Part shown: in pieces, positions 26,780-41,400 of the stretch
How the letters are laid out: every line of letters begins with the position of its first letter
Position numbering within the stretch: position 1 is the first letter of the stretch
Source of the DNA: Octopus vulgaris
Taxonomy: Eukaryota
Length of the DNA: 64,000 nucleotides
Assembly (NCBI GenBank): GCA_951406725.2
Contig: OX597825.1
Span: 32,736,001 to 32,800,000, forward strand
Direction of reading: 5' to 3'
Program-made: the position numbers and the translations under genes
Notes under the pieces: generated by a model
Database searches by the model: none
What the model was told of the DNA's origin: nothing
The model's input: only the letters and a program-made list of their open reading frames with translations

Positions 26780-28090
26780 TTCTGGACAATAACTGTGCTG
26801 ACTAAAGCGTTTAAGATTTTGGTCTAAGTGTGAGCCTAGTGATTTGTGTTGATCATGGATAGCGTAGTCAGAAAAGCACGGACATTTGCGATCCCATATA
26901 AATATATTCACGACAATTTCCACTTCATGTGTTGTCATAAAGGGCGAGTAACCAATTTAGATTACTCGAAAGCTTCTGACATGGTCAACTTTCGTCCCTT
27001 ATCAGCTGTCCTTAACTAACCAATTTCAGTACTGCTTTCAGATGGATTGCTTGAATGACATCATAATCAGATTAAATGGCCACCCAACAGAACATCTTCC
27101 AATCACACTCAATGCTTTCAAGTCTCCTTCCCTATTTCTTTTATATCAACTGACTTTCTAGCCATTACTTCGAAAACTGCGGATTTTGAGTGGCATATCA
27201 TTCGAACTTCGATGCGGAAGGTTCGTGCCTGCATATGCAAAGGATGTTACTGTAATATTGGAGGACACTTCAGATACAGAAGCTTTTATCAACGTTCTAA
27301 AAGATCAAGAGTTGCTGACAGGCGCAAAAAGAACCGATACAGTTCGATCGGTGAACACTGTAAAACTCACTAGGGTAATGAATCAGTTAAGTTGCTTGGT
27401 GTCTGGTTCAATCCGTACCAATATGAACTGAGAGGAGGTTACAAGATGATTGCGTCTTGTGTGACAAAAGAGTCCCACTTTTCAGGCAGCACGTCTTCTG
27501 GCAACAACCTCTATGTAGAGGCCTCGGTATGCAATTATGGATGAGGATGTGGATTTTGCAAAAACTGCTGTACTGTTGGCAGATGTCACATTTTGTCATG
27601 TACTTTATCTGTAGCTCCTATCTTTTACGAAGATGCTCTTTTGCAAAGACCAGATTAAGTGTCTGGCATCTGCGATTTTATCAAATGCTTTCATCTGAAA
27701 TGCACCTTGTGAAACTTCAAGCTCTGTATTCTATAGGCGAATAGTTGAGCGCAATGTTTAAGACGTTCTCAAGGAAACTCTTGCTGCTAATGAAATTCAA
27801 GTGACTGGTCCACTCAGAAGACTTTCGATTCGGGATTACAAATTATTTTTCTGAGAACTCTGGACAGACAGAAGCGCATATTGTAAGTAGATGATAAACT
27901 TTACAGGTATGAAAATGCTGTCAGTATGTGTGACGAAACCGTTTTACCTGCATTCATTCAGTGTGCGATCATTGCTTACTTGTAGAGTTCTGTCGAATAG
28001 CTATTGACGTGCAAATAAGACGAATCCAGATATAGGTTAGTCCATCGTAATAATTGCTCGGGGAGGACAGGTAGCGTGATGGCTATGACT
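26780..28090 (+). mobile_element. Decayed L1/Tx1-type LINE RT region, related to 16948-18400
   Basis: FKILV (FKILAK), LDYSKASDMV (LDQSKAFDRV), PAYAKDVTVI (YADD), LLTGAK, LLGVWF. Confidence 0.75.
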
Positions 28091-28161
28091 ACATAGGTTT
28101 TGTAATGGAGACAACTGAAGGAAAGGGAGGCACGCAATTTGTTCTTTCGTCCACCGGTGAA

Positions 28162-28381
28162 GCAATGTTGGAGTACGAAAGAATGTAGGACTCCACCACA
28201 TCAGTAAATCTGATGAAAAGGACGAGCTTGGTACGAGCGAAACAACCTACAATCAGCCTGCGCTCGTACACCGAGGAATGACATCATACTGCCGATATCT
28301 CGGGGTATCCATTCCTATTTCTCCGAGATTTCCTGACAGTCTATCGAAATTACTTTGAAATCGCAGCATGTTGACCAACGT
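28162..28381 (+). repeat. Copy 2 of an approximately 225-bp direct repeat
   Basis: 3' half nearly identical to copy 1, 5' half diverged. Confidence 0.92.
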
Positions 28382-29300
28382 CCCAGACTAGGGTGTGGGA
28401 GATTCGTATCTGCACATGAAGACACATGACTAGTCTCTCTTTCCGGAAACTTTTGACCCGCGGGACATGGATAATTTTAGAGGGAACTATCCTTGAGTAA
28501 TCAGAACGGTCCCGGTGCTGTATGGCTCATTAAAATTCCTTAGGGGACAGTTCTATTCAAGGACCATTATGCAGCAGTGTATACTTCCCTTTTACTTCTT
28601 CGTTGTATTTCAATACAAATTTCCTCTAAGTACTTTTTCTTTTCTATAACCTGTCCTTGTAAACCCCACCATTTCCACCGCACTTGTAACAAATAAAATG
28701 AAGCATTATCGTCGTCATTATCATTATTATCATTTAATATAATATGAACGCGGCGAAGGCGATGAGCTGGCAGAATCGTTAGTTCACCGGACAAAATGTT
28801 TACCAGCGTTTTATCTGTCTTTGTGTTCTGAGTTCGAATTCACATTTCTTCCTTTCGGAATCGATGAAATAAGATCCACGTGAGCACAAGCTTTGATGAA
28901 ATCGACTGACCCCTTTCCGACAAAATTTCAGGCCACGAACCTATAGCAGAATGGATTGTATTAAGAAGGCGAGTTGGCAGAAGAGTTATCACACCGACGA
29001 AATATTTAACGGCATTTCTTCCGGCTTTACATTTGAGGTTTAAATTTACCGAGGTTCACTTTGCCTTTCATCCTTTCAGGGTTCGATAGAATAAATACCA
29101 TTAGAATACTGGGGTCGGCGTAATAGACTTCTTCGTTCCTCAAAATTGGAGACCTTGTCCTACATTTACAGAAAATCATCGTCATCGTCATCATCATCAT
29201 CACCATCTTTGCAATTCTTTTCTCTTTGAAGTTGTCTTTGTTTTACTGTTTCACGTTTGCTTCTTCAATATTACTTTATTTTTTTACCATTCTGCCGAAA

Positions 29301-29379
<79 letters not shown>

Positions 29380-30339
29380 CGCAATACATTATTATATTAG
29401 GGGTATATATTTGTGTATGAAAGTATAAATGTACACATATATTATATTCTTTTGTTATATTATTTGATGTGTATATATATAAATCTATGTGTATGCTTGT
29501 AAACGTATATATATATATATATATTATATCATATTATATTATATTATGTATGATGAGTCTATGCATGTTTATATATAGTTATATGCATGTATATGTATAT
29601 ATGTATTCTGCTCACACACGTGTATATGTATGCGTGTGTGCGTGTAATGTGCGTATGTGTGTGTGAGCGTGTGTGTTACCTCGTATTTCGATGTTTCCCA
29701 TTTCTTTATTCAACGTGAGCTCTACTTTTGATGTCGTACTTACAAGTGAAAGGAGTCGAACGGACGGAGGGGTGGGGGGTGCACATATCTTTAATCCGAA
29801 TGATTTACACGTTTGAAGAATAAATGACCAACAATAGTTTCGTATATGGAGATCTAAGAAGTGAGAAAAGGCCACAACATTGAAGTGGAAATAGATTTAT
29901 GGTAGGAATGAAAGAATTGAAGAACTGAAGAAACGAACTAAGGTAGAGTTGAAGGAAGTAAACAAATAACAACAAAAAAATTGGGCATTAAGCGAATACC
30001 GTTCGAGATTTTGCTGCTAGATTAGACGGTGAAACAAAAAATATATATCGAGAGAAGGAATAAACTCTCTCATTTAGTTCATCTAAATATAGAAGTTGTA
30101 TTCGTGTATATATGCATACTTAATCACACATTCATACACACACACATTCATAAACACATATACACTCACACACACATACATACATGTGAATTCTATGTAG
30201 GTCTATATAATTTCATACTAACAAAGAAGAACGCAAATATACAGGAAAGAATGTATATGCATATATATACATACACATATATATATATATGTATAATATA
30301 TTATTTTATATCACATTATATTGTATTTATATGTATTTC

Positions 30340-30409
<70 letters not shown>

Positions 30410-30493
30410 TGTATGTATGTATGTATGTATGTATGTATGTATGTATGTATGTATGTATGTATGTATGTATGTATGTATGTATGTATATATATA

Positions 30494-30526
<33 letters not shown>

Positions 30527-30713
30527 GTGTGTATATATATACACACACATAAATATGTATATTTAGTAACATATATAATTATATGTAGATACATATATAT
30601 ATGTCACATATTGCATTATATTATACATTAAACATGTAAAACATATATATATGCATATAGATACACATGTATATGTGCATATATATTACATTATATGTAT
30701 GCATGTATGTACA

Positions 30714-30748
<35 letters not shown>

Positions 30749-31553
30749 GTACATATATGTGTGTGTATGTATGTATTTATGTTTGTATCTCAGTATGTAT
30801 GTATGTATGCATACATGTAAGTATGTATGCATTCGAAGACATAAAGCATTTGCATTTGTGTAAGAACTGAAGTGGGATGAGATTTTAAAAGATTGTGATC
30901 AATATATTCTAAAATATTTCAAAGATAAAGTATGAGAATGGTAACACGGTGGAATTCTCTAGATAAAGATATTGTATGTAGCACCTACTACATGTTACAT
31001 ATTAAGTATATGAATACATACACACACATACACACATACACACACATACACGTCACACACCACACACACACATATATGTATGTATGTATATATGTATGTG
31101 CGTGTGTGTGTGTGTGTGTGTGTGTTTACATTATGTACTACTTTAAACCTTCAGAGTGGTTCAAGACGTTTGAAGATTAAAAATGACGGAGTAGTGTTGT
31201 TAGGTTTGGTGTTGATACCAAGATAGACACGGATTTGTCCATTACAACACGTTGCCAAATGAAATGCCTTCCAGTTATGTATACTGTTGTGGATGCAGTG
31301 AAATTATAATACCATTCCTTTTATGCATTTTATTGAAGCTCAGTTCGATTCAGCTGGTAAATAAGTTGATCAACTGATTCACAATTGAATCCTCGTTGTT
31401 TAACGACGGAGATCCAGTTGCATGGCTGTGTGATAAGAAGCTTGCTCCCCGACCACATGGTTCCGAATTTAGCCCCACTGCTTGACACCTTGGGCAAGTG
31501 TCTTCTGCTATAGACTCAGGCCGAGCAAAACCTGGTGACTGTGTGTGTGTGTA

Positions 31554-31604
<51 letters not shown>

Positions 31605-31607
<3 letters not shown>

Positions 31608-31826
31608 CTCTTTTTACTCTTTTACTTGCTCCAGTCATTTGACTACGGCCATGCTGGAGTACCGCCTTTAGTCGAGCAAATCGACCCCAGAACTTATTCT
31701 TTGTAAGCCTAGTATTTATTCTATCGGTCTCTTTTGCCGAACCGCTAAGTTACGGGGACGTAAACACACCAGCATCGGTTGTCAAGCGATGTTGGGGGAA
31801 CAAACACAGACACACGAACATACATC

Positions 31827-31862
<36 letters not shown>

Positions 31863-31970
31863 CTTATATACGACGGGCTTCTTTCAGTTTCCGTCTACCA
31901 AATCCACTCACAAGGCTTTGGAACCATGTGGTTGGTAAGCAAGCTACTTACCACACAGCCACTCCTACGC
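31605..31970 (-). mobile_element. SINE type A, internally deleted in the head
   Basis: Reverse complement of 3388-3792; a plus-strand head fragment lies at 31420-31540. Confidence 0.85.
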
Positions 31971-31971
31971 C

Positions 31972-32011
<40 letters not shown>

Positions 32012-32373
32012 CGTGTGTGTGTGTGCGTGTGTGTGTGTATCTACGTATATGTGTGAGTGTGTGTATTCGTGTATTTGCGTCTGATTTCCCTCCGCCTACA
32101 CCCGCTTGACAACCGCCGTGTTCGTGTGTTTATGTCCCCCTAACTTAATGGTTCGTCAAGAAAGACCGATATAATAAGTACCAGGCTTAAGATAAATAAG
32201 TACTGAGGTCGATTCATTCCTGTCTTGCCAAAGAAACGAAAATATTGCAGAATGCACAGCAATAAAAGTTTTAAAATTAGAAGACCTAAAACACGAGAAA
32301 GTCGTTTTGGTGCTAATTGGAGATACATTCACCTCTAAAGTATATCTCCACTTCTCTAATGGAGATATTTGCC

Positions 32374-32454
<81 letters not shown>

Positions 32455-32824
32455 CAGTGGATAATAATGGTGCATTTTATCATGATATATTTTCATGCAT
32501 ACACATGTATCTATATATGACTATGCAGGAATAGTTATGTGAGTTAAGACTTCCCTTCCTAACAATGATATTGAACCCGCTGGGTTCAATACCACAGTTG
32601 GGTAGCGCCTGGGACGTGTGTCTTCCATTATCGCCTCACTATGACCAAAACTTTGAGAACTGAATTTGTTCGACGGGAATTGAGTGAAAACTTACTTGAG
32701 AGCTCTTTCCTGCGCTTGGAGAATAGTTTTAATCCATTGTTCCGTCTAGTACCTCATTATTTGATCTTCCCTGAATAGCTTCAACGACATAAGAGTCGAA
32801 AGTTTCTGACCCCAAATTTACAAC

Positions 32825-32900
<76 letters not shown>

Positions 32901-32965
32901 GTTTATATATTTGTTGTGCAAGATTTTTTATTGGCTAAACTGGCAAAATGATCATTCCGAAATAT

Positions 32966-33007
<42 letters not shown>

Positions 33008-33014
<7 letters not shown>

Positions 33015-33146
33015 AGGTTGACTTATACACCAAGGTGACTTTGTAGAGCGAAAAGCAGGATTTGGAAAGATAATGACGATATTAAAACGTTTACACAACA
33101 TGCTTATACTATATAAATACGTCGACTTGTACGCCAGAAAATACAA
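33008..33146 (-). mobile_element. Tc2/pogo-like DNA transposon end
   Basis: Minus strand gtattttctggcgtacaagtcgac resembles the CCGTATTTTxxGGCGTATAAG terminus, and the ggtgtataagtcaac motif repeats internally at 33017-33032. Confidence 0.45.
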
Positions 33147-34039
33147 GGGTAAGTGTGAAATCTAAGCATAACGACTCTCCTTCTTTCGACCAGTCATGTC
33201 TTGTCCTCCGTCTCCTAACAAAGTCATGTGAAATTCAAGTGGTGCTTCTAAGTATAGGAATGTTAATATATTTATTATTGTTCACATCATTCTTATTGAT
33301 GTCGACTGACATAAAAATGACAGCTGATATTTTGTTAGGTCCAATTACCTTCTGCCTTCAAAGCAAATTTAACCAGTTATGTACTGGGGTCGATTTAATT
33401 TGCTGCTACTCTCCTCCCAAATTTCCTGTTCATATCTTTTACTCATTTCAGTCATCAGACTGCGGCCATGCAGGGGTACTGCATTGAAAAATTTAGTCGA
33501 ACGAATCAGCTCCAGTACTTATTTTTTTATAGTCAGGTGCCTATCCTATTGATCACTTTTTACCGAACCACTAAATTAGGAGGCTTAAACAAACCGACAC
33601 CGGTTGTCAAGCGGTGGTGGGGTCAAACACAAAAGTGCACACACACACACACACTCATACTCACACACACATATACATACATACATACATAACATACATA
33701 CATACATACATACATACATACATACAACGGGCTTCTTTCAGTTTCTGTTAGCCAAATCCACTCACAAGGCTTTGGTCGGCCTGAGGCTATAGTATAAGAG
33801 ACTTGCCCAAAAGGCCACGGAGTGGAACTGAACCTGGAACCATGAGGTTTGGAAACAAACTTCTTATCTATAATTTTCTTCTCGAACCCTAGGAATGATT
33901 AGTCCGGTTACTTGCTTTCCTTAGCGGTTAAGTGACCGAGATCACATCACTCTGAAAGGGATGCCAATCCCTTGCCAAGTTCAAGGCCAATAACTTCTGA
34001 GGGGACGGAGTGGGGTGTGCAGGTCGACGACACAAACTC

Positions 34040-34735
34040 CAATACTTGAGTGCTACTTTATTCTATCGATTCCGAAGGAATGAAAGGCAAAGTTGGTATC
34101 GGCAGGGTTTGAACTCAAAAAACGTAAAGAGCCGGAAGAAATACAGCTATTTATTTCTTTATTGCCCGCAAGGGACTAAACATAGAGGGAACAAACAAGG
34201 ACAGGCAAAGGGATTAAATCGATTGCGTCGACCCCAGTGCGTAACTGGTACTTATTTAATTGAACTCAGAACGTAACGGCAGACGAAACACCGCTAAGCA
34301 TTTCGCCCAGCGTGCTAACGATTCTTATTTCTTTATTGCCCACAAGGGGCTAAACATAGAGGGGAGAAACAAGGACAGACAAAATGATTAAGTCGATTAC
34401 ATCGACCCCAGTGCGTAGCTGGTACTTAATTTATCGACCCCGAAAGGATGAAAAGCAAAGTTGACCTCGGCGGAATTTGAACTCAGAACGTAACGGCAGA
34501 CGAAATACCTACTTCTTTACTACCCACAAGGGGATAAACACAGAAGGGACAAGCAAGGACAGACAAACGGATTAAATCAATTATATCGACCCCAGTAACT
34601 GGTACTTATTTAATCGACCCCGAAAGGATGAAAGGCAAAGTCGATCTCGGCGCAATTTGAACTCAGAACGTAGCGGCAGACGAAATACCGATAAGCATTT
34701 CGCCTGGCGTGCTAACGATTCTGCCAGCTTGCCTC
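34040..34735 (-). mobile_element. Tandem array of about 4 partial SINE type B units
   Basis: ttctttattgccc.caaggg.ctaaaca.aga.ggga.aaacaaggacag...atcgaccccagt..gaactcagaacgta.cggcagacgaaa recurs every 170-190 bp or so. Confidence 0.85.
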
Positions 34736-36321
34736 CCTATAGTATTTTGCTGCTAAGTATTTTGTTCGACGTACTTAAAGATTCTGTCATCCGCCGCCTT
34801 TTTATGCCTATGTAAAATATCGGTATTCTTATTACTGTGTTGTTCAGCCCTGATAAAAAAAGTGATAATCAAATGGGCTCCGACAGTGACTATCCCTTCT
34901 TTTATATCCTTTCTATTATAGGCACATGGCCTGAAATTTTGGGGGAGGGGACAGTCGATTAAATCGACCCCAGTACGCAACTTCTGTATAACTTTTATAT
35001 AACAGTATCTACTTTAAGATGGCAGGATATGAATTTACGGAGATTTTGGCTGTGGCATATTTCTGCCCGACTGCCATGCATCACCCCAGTTTTTGCTGAA
35101 TCAAAAGGGAGCATCTTCTTTAATTATTATGGCAGAGAACTCATGATCGTAGCTCCATTTTTCATATCACGAAATATATTATTTTAGACTGTGGTGTGTG
35201 ATTTGGGGGAATTTTGGGCCACTATGTCAAGCAGTAAAGTTAGAGGTCTTATAGGTTGGCACCTGGACATGCATAGCTATACCTTCATAGATCACTGGGT
35301 CGAAGGATCACTAAACTGGTATATATATTTCTCTTTATATGGTTTGCCCAACCATGTGAAGAGAAACTGAGATAAAGTACCCAGTTGGTTATTCTGTCTT
35401 ATCTAGACAAGGGATAAGATGAAGCTATATCTAAAAGGCCAAGCAGAGGTAGTACATTGTTTCTGTGGTATATTTTTAACCGACCATTTTTCTTACCCAA
35501 TTGTTGCCTGACCATTTTGGAGTGACTGCTCTTTTACTTCTATTAGAAGAGATACAATAACAACTCCTGTTTTTATATCTAAAGGACTGAATGAAGGTGG
35601 TGAGCTGGCAGAATCGTTAGCACGTCGGACAAAATATTCAGCGGTATATCGTCCGTTTTACGGTTTGAGTTCAAATTCCGCCAAGTTTGACTTTGCCTTT
35701 GGAATCGATAAAACACATTAACTATCGAACCCTGGGATCGATGAAATAAGTACCAGTTGGACACTGGGATCGATATAATCGACTGCCCTGTTCTTTCAAA
35801 ATTGCTGGTCTTGAGCCAAAATTAGAAAGAATATATTAAGGACTGAATAATTTAAGAGAACAGAATGCGATTTTAGGGAGATTTTGGTTGCTATTTCTAA
35901 CCGGTCAAATGCCTGTGTCGTAGCTTCTTCGTTGTCTTTTTACCTTTATTGTTGTCGATATTGGTGCAATTTGTTTGTTTGTTTTTTTTGTGTGTGTTTT
36001 TTAATATATCTCTGTGGGTTTTTTTGATGTAATTGTTAATATATTTTGACATGTTAGTATTATTGTTGTTGATTTTGATGTTGTTCCTGCAAAGTCAAAT
36101 CATCAGCAATAAACAAAAAATTGCTGAGTCGGAATCAAAATGGAGAAGTGCCAACATGTTTGGTTTGATGTACATGTTAAATCATTGCCAGGAAATGGAT
36201 ATTGAAATTAACTTCACTGATAAAAAGACAAACAAACAAAAAATATGGTCTTTGCTATAAGATAGATCAACGATATATACGTATAGTCATACATATGCAA
36301 ACATGATATATATATATCATG

Positions 36322-36376
<55 letters not shown>

Positions 36377-36575
36377 ATCTACATATATATGTATATGTAT
36401 GTATAATGTATTTTTGTGCCTAAATATATGTATGAGAGTATACAAACATATATACATATATATTTAATATTTATGAATGTATGAGTATATATTTCATATA
36501 TATATATATATATATGTATATGTATATATATGTGTGTATGTGTGTGTGTGTGTGTATACTTACACAATTATACAT

Positions 36576-36606
<31 letters not shown>

Positions 36607-36974
36607 CAAATATATAATATATATATATATACAAAGAGAGACTGACAGACATTCTATAGACACTCTCGCACACACGTATTATATATCTATAATCTATACT
36701 TTTTACTTGTTGCAGTCATTAGACCGCGGCCTTGAAGAGCTTAATCAAACAAATCGACCCCAATACTTATTTTTACTTGTGGTTCTCATTCTGTCGACAT
36801 CCTTTACCAAACCGCTCACTCTTTTAGGAACCCAATCAAACCAACACTCATTTTGCGGAGGTGGGGATCAAGCACAAACACACACACACGCACACACACA
36901 CGCACACACACACATGTATATATATGTCTGTGTGTGTTAGTGTGTGCTTTTTTTTTGTATGTGTATGTGTGTCT

Positions 36975-37196
36975 CTTTTACTCTCTTTTACTCGTTTCAG
37001 TCATTTGACTGTGGCCATGCTGGAGCACCACCTTTAGTCGAGCAAATCAACCCCGGGACTTATTCCTTGTAAGCCCAGTACTTATTCTATCGGTCTCTTT
37101 TGCCGAACCGCTAAGTGACAGGGACGTAAACACACTAGCATCGGTTGTCAAGCAATGCTAGGGGGACAGACACACAAACACATACACACACACACA

Positions 37197-37248
<52 letters not shown>

Positions 37249-37410
37249 CGACAGGCTTCTTTCAGTTTCCGTCTACCAAATCCACTCACAAGGCATTGGT
37301 CGGCCCGGGGCTATAGCAGAAGACACTTGCCCAAGATGCCGCGCAGTGGGACTGAACCCGGAACCATGTGGTTGGTTAGCAAGCTACTTACCACACAGCC
37401 ACTCCTGCAC
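36975..37410 (-). mobile_element. Full-length SINE type A
   Basis: Reverse complement of 3388-3792 including head and tail. Confidence 0.88.
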
Positions 37411-37496
37411 CTATGTGTGTGTATATATATAATATATAATTCAGAAACGGAGATGTAGAATTAATTTAATTTATTAACTGCATAAATCCAATATAA

Positions 37497-37579
37497 TCTC
37501 TTACAGCTGTTTCATTCTTGACCAAAGATTGAATTACAATAATTAAATCATTGAATTGGGCAAAATCTCATCAGAGGAG
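37497..37579 (-). ncRNA. Type I hammerhead ribozyme with extended stem II
   Basis: ctcct-CTGATGA-gattttgcccaa...ttggtcaagaat-GAAAC-agct-GTA-agag; palindromic stem III acagctgt; stem I imperfect. Confidence 0.7.
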
Positions 37580-37739
37580 TAGAAAAGACATACCGTTAGG
37601 TTATCAGATGTTATGTTTCCAAATTGATTTGGAAATATAACATCTAATAGCCTTCCAAAATTGATTTGCCAAGTTTGAAGAAAATATCTCTTTTACATCT
37701 TACTTTTTTGGTCTCTTAAATGGCATTATTTCAAGCCAG

Positions 37740-37995
37740 CCGGCTTTTTTTGAGCAAACTGCACGTGCATTTTACTCGCGTACGAGTAGTGTCGGTCGCA
37801 ACAGCTGATATACTTGCGCGTACAAATGCACGTTCCCACGGCTTTATCGATCGCATTCTCACCTTGAATCGATTTTTGTAATTTTTTCAAAACTTATACC
37901 GTCGGTACCTACATATCAAATTTGAGCGCAATCGGATGGAGGATGCCCGAGATCCTAGAAGACACACATAGACAGAACATATTTTATATAATAGA
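37740..37995 (-). mobile_element. Helitron-like non-autonomous element
   Basis: Minus strand starts A|TCtattatataaaat (canonical TC 5' end); homologous to 23102-23300; no CTRR 3' end seen. Confidence 0.55.
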
Positions 37996-40900
37996 TATAT
38001 TATTCCGTATTATTTGGTGAATTAAATCCCAGTTGCCTTTTATTAATCACTCCTAAAACCTTTCTCCACGTTCCTAGTATTACATTCGTATCGTTTACTT
38101 CAAGTAAAGCAGAAAATCTTACTAATCTTTCTGATGTACAACATTAGTTGCTTACGATGACTGATTCATTCATCTTGGGATTAGGTAAACAACATAATTT
38201 GATCCTTTTTCAACGTTATTCATATTTATTTGAAGGATTACCCGTAGAGTAGTATCTCATATTGTAACCCTATATGGCCTTGTTTTGTTGCATGACGATA
38301 ATCTTCTCAAAGACCTAAATATTACTTCATTACTTCTCTGGTTTCAAAAGAAATTCTTACGAAAGAACATTTGTTCTTAAAATATATCTTGGAATATTTT
38401 TAACTACTTATCACTGCTATCAACTTAAGCAATTATTCCCTCATTTTTTTTTTATGGTTTTGGCAGGAAGGAAGGAAGGAACGAACGAACGAAAGAACGA
38501 ACGAACGAACGAACGAACGAACTGTATTGAAGTTCTTCGAAAATCATCCAAGATCGGTCTGATTTATACGATTGATAGTCATCTATAACCATGCTGGTGG
38601 ATGCTCGTGGAATAACACATGAACAGGAAAGGAATTGAATTCTAAAACATTAATGTCTATAATACTAATATCATAAGGAAAGGGTGGAGTTTAGTGCCAT
38701 ACCTGAAGAAGGAGACACAGAAAAAGTGACGGGTGAGGGGGAAACGGGAATGAAAGATGCGTTTGAGTGGAATCTAGCTAGATCTGAAAACCGGTGACAT
38801 TTATAGTAACGGTAAAACAGAGAGAAAGGGGACAGCATATCTGTCCATCAGATGGCTTTCTTTAGGATACGGTGATTCATGTCTACATCTGTCCTATATA
38901 TGCGGCGAACTCCTTTCAATTTCCGTCTACTAAATCCACTCGCAAGATTTTACCTAAGGTTCCACACCATGAGACTGAACCTGAAATCATGTGGTTGGAA
39001 AGCAAGCGTCTTACCACACAGCTATGCACACACCTTTCAGACTTCTTTTAAAAATTCTAAATCTTTCTTACATATTACATGCAATGTCTCCTTTATATTT
39101 CGACATATAACGGAGAGGAAATCCTGTAGAATCCATCTTTCTACTCATCAAACTAAACTTTAGCGAAAATCTAGAGGGAATTAACAGGTGTTACTGTCAG
39201 GAATATTGCTTAAATGAATCTGCAAAACCCAATATTTGGCGACATCACTGATAATGAATCCTTATATTCAATGCAGCTAAATTACATACTGTGGTGTTTC
39301 ATAAAGATGTTAATTATTTTCTTGTTTAATAAACCTCATTTGATCGGATGTGCTAATTGTTTGTACGGCAGAGTTGCTAGTATTACTGTTGATGAAATAC
39401 AAAATGAAATATTCACACATTATATAATAGAATCACTGAAAGACACGTATACGTGTTTGTGTGTGTGTGTGTGTGCATTCATACACACATGATACATGTA
39501 CGTATATATTCATATATATATACACACACACACGCACATACATGCTTGCACATATGCATTCATACAGTTATACATAAGAACGTGTGCACAACATACATAA
39601 ATAAATACATACTTATACCGATACATACATGCAAACATACAAACATACACGTACTTACATTCGAAATAAAATTTCGCCATATTCTTGATTGCTGGCGTTA
39701 TCTATCTGAGAAATTTCTGTATTACTTCTACAAAATTATAATAGAACATAGCTGTGTTATTTGTTGTTTTTTTACTACAGGTCGGCAGAAATCGAAATGG
39801 CCTATAATCATAGACGCTCCAACCCTAGCCATCCCATGCTGATTAAGTATCTTGTTCGTCCGTTGGAGCGATGAGGATCATCTGGACATTCTTAAGGATT
39901 CTTAAGGATGAGTGACCATGGTTACAATGAAAAGCTGCGCACCATCACCTCGACTTTCTCGTCCACGACTATCTTTAATCCCGAGGCAAGACCAGGTCAA
40001 GAGGATGGAGTATTGAGACGAATGCAATGAATGACCAAGTTGTCTTCCTTGGTCGGTCTTGCTCTTTGCACTTCCCAATGCATTGCTGTAATCACCTTCC
40101 CTTCCATTGAATCACAAGGTTACCTCGGCAGAGTCCGTCGAATCCATTATTACGCACAGTGTATATAAGACTACATTATCTAATGCATATAATTATCTTA
40201 AATAAATCCACGTCTGATTTGAGGGAGATTTGTGTGTTGTTCCTTGCAGGTCGAGTGGCCACGAAGAGAGTGTATCATCATCTTAGCGTTTTGGCTAAGC
40301 TTTGTCTTCGTAAACTTGTTTTGACCTTTTCTTCTTGCGATATTGTTAAAACAAAATGAATTAGAAGCTGAAGTAAATATGGATTACAGCCAGTTCTAAA
40401 CTTTAAAATGTTCAAAGATGTTAGAATTACCAACTTTGTTGTATTTTCTAAACAGAACTCTGTTTACAGTCTAACTATTGCCTGAAGATTTATTATCCAT
40501 TTATCGTTCATATTCTGGTATTATAGTAAACGTGTGAACATTAGCGACATCAAAACAATCAACCCTTTTCTTTAGATCCCTCTTTATTATTATTTACTCT
40601 GTACATTTGTCTGCTTTGAAGATATAACAATGAATGAAACAAGTATGGACGACTGGGTAAGAGGTTTGATTCGCTATCAAAACCTCATAATCGCAACTAG
40701 GAAATGTATACTCTATTATAAAATCGAGTTGATCCACGCATTTTGAGTGAAATTGGGTAGACTGGACAGGGACTGTTTGAAATCTCTTCAGATGAAGAGG
40801 AGCTGTCATTTACAAGAGCAATATTGTCATACGCAGCGTTAGATTGAATCTATTTGGGGATTACGTTGGATATTCGAATATCTCTTGAAGCTTCAACCAT

Positions 40901-41000
40901 ATAAATGTAGATTACATTAAGTAGAGAACTCGGTAAATCGAACAACTTGAACGTTCGTAGTCGATACTGACTTTAAATTCATTTGGAATTGTGTAATTTG

Positions 41001-41400
41001 GAAATGATACGGAAACTTTCTTAGAATGCGAGGGGATTATTACGATTCGTTTATTCTTAAATATTTCAAATAATTCAACCACTTATAGCGAAAAACATTA
41101 ACAAATTAATACAAGCTTGCAATCATCATGTGTTTTCTTAAGTGGAAGTATCAGCAGCAGTGTTGACGTCAGAGGAAGTGATAATTATAGATGTAATAGC
41201 AGCAGGAGTGATAGTTACTATTGTCACTTCCTGTGACGTCAACACTACCGCTGATACTTCCGCCTAAGAAAACACACAACGATTACTAATTTGCATTATT
41301 TCGTGGTTGCTTTCTCTGTTGATGGGTCATTCACTTGAAATATAATTGGAATTAATGATAATCCTGTCCTCGCATTGTAAGATGATCTCTGCATCATTTC
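41001..41400. repeat. 400-bp imperfect fold-back inverted repeat
   Basis: Core arms 41129-41185 and 41220-41276 match at 51 of 57 positions; more diverged pairing extends to gaaatgat/atcatttc. Confidence 0.9.
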
